Below, piece after piece: positions 54,836 to 64,000 of a stretch of 64,000 bases of DNA (its first letter is position 1; every line of letters starts with the position of its first letter). The stretch is from the human T2T-CHM13v2.0 reference genome, Homo sapiens: the NCBI RefSeq assembly GCF_009914755.1, contig NC_060925.1. The stretch is one strand, 5' to 3'. The position numbers and the translations under genes were made by a program. A model generated the notes under the pieces. The model did not search any database, was not told where the DNA came from, and worked only from the letters and a program-made list of their open reading frames with translations.

Positions 54836-57800
54836 ACAATTTCAACTTTTCTTTTAGATTTAGGGGTACATGTGCAGGCTTGTTACTTGGGTAATACTGA
54901 GGTTTGGAGTATGAATGGTTCCATCTCTCAGGCAATAGGTAGTTTTTCAGCCCTTGACCCCTTTCTTCTTTTCTCTCTCTAGTATTCCCCAGTGTGTATT
55001 TTTCCCAATGCTTAGCTCCCACTTGTAAGTGAGAGCGTGTGTATTTGGTTTTCTATTCTTGTGTTAATCTGCTTAGGATAATGGCCTCCAGCTGCACCCA
55101 AGTTGTTGCAAAGGACATGATTTTGTTCTTTTTTATGACTGCATAGTATTCCATGCTGTACATATACCACATTTTCTTTATCCAATCTACCATTGATGGG
55201 CACACAGGTTGATTTCATAGCTTTGGTATTGTGATTAATGCTATGATTAAAATATGAGTGCATGTGACTTTTTGGGAGAATGATTTATTTTCCTTTGGGT
55301 ATATGCCCAGTGATGGAATTGCTGGGTCAAAAGGTAGTTCTGTTTTAAGTTCTTTGAGAAATGTCCAAACTGCTTTCCACAGTGGCTGAACTAATTTACA
55401 TTCCCACCAACAGTGTATATAAGCCTTCCCTTTTCTCTACAATCTTGCAATCATCTGTTACTTTTTGACTTTTAAGTAATAGCTATTCTGGCTGGTGTGA
55501 GATAGTATCTCATTGTGATTTTGATTTGCACATCTCTGATGATTAGTGATGTTGAGCATTTATTCATATGCCTTTTGGCCACTTATATGTCTTTTTTGAG
55601 AAGTGTCTCTTCATGTCCTTTGCCCATTTTTAATGGGGTCGTTTTTTGCTTGTTGAATTGTTTGTTTCTAAAGATTCTGGATATTATACCTTTGTCAGTG
55701 CATACTTTGCAAATATTTTCTTCCATTTTGTGGGGTTTCTGTTTACTCTGTTGATAGGTTTCTTTTCTCTGTGCAGTATTTCTTTAGTTTGATTAGGTCA
55801 CACTTGTCAAATTTTGGTTTTATTGCAGTTGTTTTTGAGGACTTAGTCATAAATTCTTTGCCAATGCTAATGTCAAGAAGGGTATTTCCCCACCATCATT
55901 CTTCACAGCATTGGAAAAAACAATCCTAAAAATCATATGGAACCAAAAAAGAGGCTGCATAGCCAAAGCAAGACTAAGCAAAAATAACAAATCTGGAGGC
56001 ACCACATTACCTGATTTCAAACTATACTATAAGGCCATAGTCACCAAAACATCATGGTACTCGTATAAAAATAGGCACACAGGCCAATGGAACAGAATAG
56101 AGAACCCAGAAATAAACCAAAATACTTACAGACAACTGATCTCTGACAAAGCAAACAAAAACATAAAGTGGAGAAAGGACACCCTTTTCAACAAAGGGTG
56201 CTGGGATAATTGGCTAGCCAAATGTAGGAGAATGAAACTGGAACCTCATCTCTCACCTTATACAAAAATCAACTCAAGATGGATTAAGGACTTAAACCTA
56301 AGACCTAAAACTATAAAAATTCTAGAAGATAACATTGTAAAAACCCTTCTAGACATTGGCTTAGGCAAGGATTTTATGACCAAGAACTCAAAAGCAAATG
56401 CAATAAAAACAAAGATAAATAGCTGGAACTTAATTAAACTAAAGAGTTTTGCATGGCAAAAGGAACAGTCAGCAGAGTAAACAGAAAACCTGCAGAGTGG
56501 GAGAAAATCCTCACAATCTATACATCTGTCAGAAGAATAATATCCAGAATCTACAACAAACTCAAACAAATCAGCAAGAAAAAAACAAAAAAATCCCATC
56601 AAAAAGTGGGCTAAGGACATGAAGAGACAGTTCTCAAAAGAATATGTACAATTGGCCAACAAACATGTGAAAAAATGCTCAACATCACTATTGATCAGGA
56701 AAATGCAAATTAAAACCACAATGTGATACCACTTCACTCCTACAAGAATGGCCATAATAAAAAAAATAAAAAATAAATGGTAGATGTTGGTGTTGATGCA
56801 GTGAACGGAGAACACTTCTACACTGCTGGTGGGAATGTAAACTAGTGCAACCACTATGGAAAACAGTGTGGAGATTCCTTAAAGAACTAAAAGTAGAACT
56901 ACTATTTGCTCCAGCAATCCCACTACTGGGTATCTATCCAGAGGAAAATAAGTCATTATACAAAAAAGATACTTGCACATGCATGTTTATAGCTGCACAA
57001 TTCGCAATTGCAAAAACGTGGAACCAACCTCAATGCCCATCAATCAACTAGTGGATAAAGAAACGTTACATATGTATATATATATATGTAATTTATATAT
57101 ATAATATATATTATATATATTCCATTTTATATATATATATAATGGAATAGTACTCAGCCATAAAAAGGAATGAATTAATGGCATTTGCAGTGACCTGGAC
57201 GACATTGGAGACATTATTCTAAGTGAAGTAACTCAGGAATGGAAAACCAAACATCATACGTTCTCACTCATAAGCGGGAGCTAAGCTATGAGGATGCAAA
57301 GGCATAAGAATGACACAATGGATTTGGGGACTCAGGGACAAAGGGTGGGAAGGGGGTGAGGGATAAAAGACTACAAATAGGGTGCAGTGTATGCAGCTTG
57401 ATTTATGGGTGCACCAAAATCTCACAAATCACCACTAAAGAACTTACCCATGTAACCAAACACCACCTGTTCCCCCAATAACGTATGGAAATAAAAAAAT
57501 AAAAAAGAAGGGTATTTCCTAGATTTTCTTCTAGGATTTTTATAGTTTGAGGTTTAATATTTAAATATTTAATCAACCTTGAGAAAATTTTTGTATGTGA
57601 TGAAATGTAGGGGTCCAGTTTCATTCTTCTTCCTATGGGTAGCCAGTTACGCCAGCACCACTTATTGAATAGGGAGTCCTTTACCATTGCTTATTTTTGT
57701 TGACTTTGTTGAAGATTAGATGGTTGTAGATGTGTGGCTTTATTTCTGGTTTCTCTATTCTGTTCCATTGGTATATGTGTCTGTTTTTGTTTGGGTACCA

Positions 57801-59684
57801 TGTTGTTTTAGTTACTATAGCCTTATAGTATAGTTTGAAGTCAGGAGCTATGATACCTCCAGCTTTGTTCTTGTTTGGGATTGCTTTCACTATCTGGGCT
57901 CTTTTTTTAATTTCACACGAATTTTAGAATAGTTTTATTCTAATTCTGTGAAAAATGATGTTAGTTTGACAGGAATAGCACTGAATTTATAGATTGCTTT
58001 GGGCATTATGGGCATTTTAATGATAGTGGTTTCTCAAATCTATGAGCATGGAATGTTTCTCCATTTGTTTGTGTCATCTGTGATTTCTTTCAGCAATGTT
58101 TTAGAGTTTTCCTTCTAAAGATATTTCACCTCCTTGGTTAGGTGTATTCCTAGGTATGTTACATTTTTGCATGACTATTGTGAATGAGATTACATTCTTG
58201 ATTTGGCTCTCAGATTGAATGTTATTGGTGTATAGAAATGCTACTAATTTTTGTACACTGATCTTGTATCCTGAAACTTTACTGAAGTCATTTATGAGTT
58301 CTAGGAACCTTTTAGTGGAGTCCTTAGGGTTTTCTCTGTATATACTCATATTGTCAGCGAAGATAGACAATTTGACTTTTTTTCCTATTTGGATAACTTT
58401 TATTTCTTTCTTTTGCCTGATTGCTCTGGCTAGGACTTCCAGTACAATGTTGAATAAGAGTAGTGAGAGTGGGAATCCTTGTCTTGCTTCTGTTCTTAAG
58501 GGGAGTGCTTCCAGCTTTTGCCCATTCAGTATGCTGTTGGCTGTGGGTTTTTCATACATGGCTCTTATTATTTTGAGGGTATGTTTCTTTGATGCCTAAT
58601 ATGTTGAGAGTTTTTTCATGAAGGGATGTTGGATTTTATTTAAAGCTTTTTCTGCATCATTGAAATGATTATATGGTTTTTGTTTTCAATTCTGTTTATG
58701 TGATGAATCACATTTATTGATTTGCATATTATGAATTAACCTTGCATCCCAGGAATAAAGCCTACTGGATCATGATGAATTAACTTTCTGATGTGCTTCT
58801 GAATTCAGTTTGCTATATTTTGTTGAAGATTTTTGCATATATGTTAATTAGGCATATTTCTGTAGTTTTATTGTTGTGCCTTTGCCAGATTTTGGTATCA
58901 GGGTTATGTTGGCTTCATAGAATGAATTAGGGAGAAGTGCTCTTCTTGTACATTTGGTAAAATTTGTCTGTGAGTCCATCTGGCCCAGGGCTTTTTTTGA
59001 TTGGTAAGTTGTTTTATTATTACTGATTCAATTTCAAAACTTGATATTGGTCTATTCAGAGTTTCAATTTATTTCTGATTCAATTTTGAATTTGATATTG
59101 GTCTGTTTGAAGTTTCAATTTCTTTCTGATTCAATCTTGAGAGGTTGTGTGTTTCTTTGTTAATTTAGCTAGTGTTCTATTCATCTTGTTTATCTTTTCA
59201 AAGAAACAATTTTTGGTTTCTTTGGATGGATTTATGAGTCTCAGTTTCATTTAGTTCTGCTCTGATTTGAGTTATGTTTTTTCTTCTGATGGCTTTGGGA
59301 TTAGTATGTTCTTATTTTTCTAGTCCCTCTAGGTGTCATCTTAGATCATTGATTTGAGATCTTTTTAACTTCTTGGTTTAGGTGTTTAGCACTATAAACT
59401 TTTAACATTGCTTCTGCTGCATCCCAGAGATTTTGTATGTGTCTCTATTTTCATTTATTTCAAGAAATTTTTTTACTTCTGCCTTAATTTTTTTTATTTA
59501 CCCAAAAGTTATTCAGGAGCAAGTTGTTTAATTTCCATGTCATTGTGTGGTTTTGAGAGATCTTCATGGTATTGACTTTTATTTTTATTCCAATGTGGAC
59601 TGAGAGTATGGTGGGTATGATCTTGATTTTCTTGAACTTATTGAGACTTAATTTATGGATGAGTCTGTGGTTGATCTTAGAGTA
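54836..59684 (-). mobile_element. L1PA15/16-like element interrupted by L1PB1
   Basis: 3' end tttcaacttttcttttagatt.aggggtacatgtgcagg; ORF2 remnants (IFADNM); TSD gcatgcaat (54827-54835 / 59685-59693). Confidence 0.88.
55890..57504 (+). mobile_element. 5'-truncated L1PB1
   Basis: Perfect 15-bp TSD aagaagggtatttcc (55875-55889 / 57505-57519); L1PB1 3' UTR. Confidence 0.93.
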
Positions 59685-59929
59685 GCATGCAATGTTTTAA
59701 CACTTTCTTATATTGATTATGTGTTATTGAAGCCATATCAGAAATGTATGCAACAAATAATTGTTTTGCCAATAGAAATGGAAGATTAGAAGGATCAAAT
59801 GACTTGTTAATGATTTCATAGTCACTAATTGAGCTCTTATTGGTAGCTAAGTATCAGTGATAAGAAGTTTTGTTTATGAATCAACTACTTTCCTTCATCT
59901 TCCTGATAAAATTCCACTTACCTTACAAA

Positions 59930-60210
59930 AGCACAGTTCAGATTTACTTTCTTGATGAAGCCTTCCCTGGTCCTCCTAGGCAGACTTACATAACTTTCCT
60001 CTAAGTTATTGTCACACCTTGTAAAGCATCTCTGTCATATAACTGATTGTATCAGTTGTGCATTACGATTGTGATGATACTCTACTTAGATTCAACAGTC
60101 CTTGAGGACAGAAGTCATACTGTTTCATCTATGATTCCTCAATGCCTATACAGTACACAGCCCTCAGTAATGCTCAATAAATTGTTGTTGGATACATGAA
60201 TGAATAAATG
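59930..60210 (+). mobile_element. L2 3' end
   Basis: tgaagccttccctgg...ccttgaggacaga...tgctcaataaattgttgttggatacatgaatgaat. Confidence 0.75.
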
Positions 60211-60826
60211 CCCAAGTACATGACTATATGAATTCATAAATAAGATTTTGGTGGGTGCAGAAGTATATTTTTTGGTTTTAGAATGCTTTCCAATATATAA
60301 ATAAGCTTTTGCTGAAACAAAACCAAAACTAAACAAAACAACCCTTTAATTTAGAGTCTGCAGATATAGGCACTGTAGTGGAACAAACTGTGGACCAAAA
60401 GCCAAGTTATGCAACCAACTAGGTGAATGACAGGTCAGCTTTTATGGATCTCTATATTTTATCTGTAAAATAAGGGAATCATGGTATGGCAAACATTACA
60501 AAGGTGGTATTTTAATAAGTAAAAGTTGAAAATCACTGCTCTAAGACATTTTATGGAAGTGGGTATAATAAGCACTACTGTAGTGGTTTTCAAGCTTTTC
60601 TTTTTAAGTGGCAGAACTTCTTGTCAAGTAAAATCTTACACAGAGTTCCAGAATGTAAAATAGTTAAAAATTAGATGTTGTAGCTGCTAAGTCTCTTTGT
60701 CCTCTAATATTTGTTCCTTCTGGCCTCTCATTTCCTGCATATCAAATGTATTAGGTGCTTGTCAAATTTCATGGATGAGTCCATTCTTAGGGCAAAGCTT
60801 AATTTCTCATCTTTAAAAATAAATAT

Positions 60827-61070
60827 AGCCTGGGCAATATGGCGAAACCCATCTCTACAAAATATGCACACACACATGCACACACACACACACACACACA
60901 CACTAGCCAGGTGTGGGAGTGTGCATCTGTAGTCCCTGCTCATTTGAGAGGCTGATGTCGGAGAATCTGTTGAGCCCACGAGGTTGAGGCTGCAGTGAGC
61001 CATGGTCGTGCCTGGGCAATAGAGCAAGAGCCTGTCTCAAAATAATTTTTAAAAAATTTAAAAAAACAAA
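60827..61070 (+). mobile_element. 5'-truncated AluJ with (CA)n in the middle A-rich linker
   Basis: gagcccacgaggttgaggctgcagtgagccatg; (CA)n 60867-60903; TSD-like aaaaataaata. Confidence 0.85.
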
Positions 61071-62144
61071 AATAAATAAGGAAATGATAGTTTCTAAATA
61101 TGAAGACACTTAAAGACCAATAAAAATGTATTTCTATGTTCCTTTATGTTCTATCAAAACAATATTATGTGGCATTCTAGTATTACCACATGAGTTTCAG
61201 CCTTCTGCTTTTGAAATTGTTTCTGTTTACATGCTTATTTTTCGTATGTCCACATAGACCTGAATCCCCTGACATTTTAATAGAGCTGGGACAGACAGGC
61301 CCAAATTGGATGTTGCTTCTAGGTAGGGAATCACTGGCAGACTTCATATCCAATTATATTTCAGTTAAGCCAGTAAATATTAGGCCATTAATTCATTTGA
61401 AGTCCTGGAAAGATTTCTCACATTTTTGTTATCTTCCTCTTATGAAGTCTGTAATGATGTAGTATTTATATTTCTGAGAAAGGAATGCACAGAAATTTTG
61501 TGTGCTTGCTTGCTTAAAACAAGAATGAACTATTGCCCTTTGTTGTTTCAGTGGTCTTCCCAAGAAAGGAAAAAAAGTTACTTGATGAAGAGTGTCTGGG
61601 GTCTTTGAGTCTACATAGAAGACTTACACCAAATTACTGTCTGTGTCCCATATACCCCATGAAACATGTTTGAACAGCACTGTACAGGTGGACAATTTTT
61701 TGAAGTCTAGAGACATAGCACTTGTGAATGAATGTCATGAGTCTTCTGTATTAACTTAAAAAAAATTTAGTATTGGATCAAAGTCTAATTTAGAAGAAAA
61801 AATACTTGGTGAATTCTTGTTGAAACATAAGATAAAACAGAGACAAATTATTATGCTTTTTAAGTTATGTTTTAGATATACAGTTTTATACACACAATTT
61901 ACGTTTTCCAATTTAATGTAAATTCCTATGAGATTACATGAAAGAGTAGCTGTTCATAGGCTCCATATGTTCTGCCAACTGCATATCTCTCCTTTATGTT
62001 TCATCATTAAAAAAATCTTCTGATTCCTTTCTTGTTCTGAAATACTACTTTTATTCCCAATTATCCTGTTTCTTGGCCCTGACCCATCCTATTTGCTGCT
62101 TGTTCTCTGATAAACAATGCTTATTTGCTGCTTCCAAGTGGCAG

Positions 62145-62360
62145 CAGACGTAATGGTTAATTTCATGAGCTCTGCAGGCATAGTGCCTGGGTGTGAATCC
62201 TGTCTCTCTGCCTTTTCCTAGATTAGTGAGCTTAGATGAGTCATTCACCCTTTCTGGGCCTCAGAATTCTCCCCTGCAAAATGGAGATAAAAATAGTTGT
62301 GAGAATTACATGAGATGATAGATTTAGGGACTATAGAATAGTGCCTGCCATAAAGTTATT
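62145..62360 (+). mobile_element. MIR
   Basis: gcctgggtgtgaatcc...tctgggcctcag..ttctcccctgcaaaatggagataa...agtgcctg. Confidence 0.8.
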
Positions 62361-62519
62361 CATATCTCTGTCAGAAGAGTAGGAATATGTATCCTGTCAA
62401 TATAGCTGACATTTGCAGTTTACCAGGCATTCTGATTCTATTTCCTGCCCCCTCCTATCTGCTGCTTTTGGATTATCACACTTTCAGGGAATCTAGCAAG
62501 AGGCCTCAAGCCTATCTAG

Positions 62520-63100
62520 TCTACTCATTCAAACATTTTCCAGCAAATATTTATTGCTTGGCACAAGAGATATAGTGGTTGGCAGTATTCTCTATGAGCT
62601 TCTGGGAGGCATAAACCTATTCATTCATACAAACAAATATGTAATTGTGAAAAATACTGTGAATAGAAAAATAATGTGATAATACCTTCTTACAGGTAGG
62701 GGAAGTCCATAAAGGCTTTTCTGAACAAATGACATCAAAGCTGAAGGCTGAAGAATGGGTTAGCCCGGCAAAGTTGAAGACATGTTATAGTGTAGGAAAA
62801 GTTTGGAGACAAGAAGGGCATGCTGGATACACTCTACATCCAGTCGAACTAAAGCTAAATGAGTTACAGGGGAGAGTGATGTGGCATAAGCATAAGGTGG
62901 GGAAGCAAGTGGAAGCAAAAATAGGAAGTTGAGGTTTAAAAGTCAAGCAGGGACCAGATCTGTAGGGACTTGTATGATTAATCTTCATATTAAGGGTTTT
63001 GCTTTATCCTAAAAATTACAGAAAGCATGAAGAATGCAAAGCTGGGGATTAATATAAGGAATTTTGCATTTTTAAAAGATCACACTGGAGAATAGAGAGA
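62520..63100 (-). mobile_element. L2 fragment
   Basis: cattcaaaca...aaatatttatt...aggctttt ctga...gggttttgctttatcctaa...tttgcattttaaaagatcac. Confidence 0.65.
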
Positions 63101-63159
63101 GGGGGAGTGGAAGGGCTTCTCTCTTTGTTTCTTAGTTACAATACCTGGAAAAGGACAGT

Positions 63160-63455
63160 AGCCTCCTCAATGAAGCTTTCCTTGATAACATTTTGCCCAT
63201 AGAGGTGGCTTCACTCATTTTTTCACCTAATGAACCCATGATCTGTTGCACTTCTCACACTGCACTGTGAACCTGACCCAGGCCAAGGTGTTCAGTATTG
63301 TAGGATGAATAAGCGTTGATTCTCCTCTCCTAAGATGAGACAGGGGCATTTTAAGGCCAAGGACTATGTATATTCGTCTTTGTATTATCCACGGCATCTA
63401 GCAAGTCCCTACCACATGTTGGGCTCTCAATCTTTTGTTGATGTTGTTGTTGAGA
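63160..63455 (+). mobile_element. L2 3' fragment
   Basis: tgaagctttccttga...ggccaaggactatgt...catctagca...ctcaat..tttgttgatg. Confidence 0.55.
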
Positions 63456-64000
63456 AATCAGATGAAAAGAAGTGGTTTTTCATGATGGATGGAAATGGGG
63501 GTTTTGGATCATGGATGCAATTTAATTTTTTATACTCTCATTGAAAGTTGGTAATATTAATTGAAATCCTAGAGTGGCTGTTTGATAAATACCTTTGAGG
63601 GTAGCATTAGAAGATCTAAATTTGAGCATGAGCAGATGCCCAGCAAATATTAAATGAATTGAATGTGTTTCAGCCATACTTGCCTATTACATCTGTTTGT
63701 AGATCTTCTGTGGTTTATTTTAGGAGACGGAAAAAATTCTCTAATCCATCCTAAACCTCCACTAATGCCATCTTCACTTTGGCACAGTGATAACTCAGAG
63801 ATGAAAACTCTCAGGTGTGGAGAGAGCTTGCAATACCAGGTTATTAATAGATTTGAATACAGGGATTTTTTTGTTCTTTTCCTTTTGTTTAAGATGAAAC
63901 AAAAAATGGCTGAAATGAAAGTGATTTATATGCCTCTTTATGGTATTTTAAACCATAAGAGATTAATCAGTGATTACTTTTTTTTAGACTAGGAAAAATA

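Overview
Eukaryotic, primate (hominoid-type) genomic DNA. It is AT-rich, CpG-depleted and dominated by interspersed repeats: L1 of many ages (L1ME to L1PA2), Alu (J/S/Y, FLAM), MIR, L2, LTRs (THE1, MLT1A, LTR33/16/78-like, MamGyp-like) and hAT MITEs (MER1B, MER33). I recognise no intact protein-coding gene, RNA gene or CRISPR array; it looks like deep intronic or intergenic sequence. All long ORFs are decayed L1 pieces, Alu read-through or low-complexity sequence. The most interesting signals are mechanistic. (1) A 121-bp tandem duplication has a 34-bp spacer copied from 3.1 kb upstream (template switch). (2) A twin-primed L1PA4/5 carries an apparent two-step 3' transduction. (3) Two independent twin-primed L1s have almost the same inversion point and share private mutations, including a stop codon (likely gene conversion). 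(4) An L1PA8 has an in-frame ORF1-ORF2 deletion junction. (5) A FLAM-containing insertion is internally inverted. (6) An orphan reading frame resembles the CRAL-TRIO N-terminus. Subfamily names come from recalled consensus sequences and need RepeatMasker/Dfam confirmation. I do not claim a new biological system.
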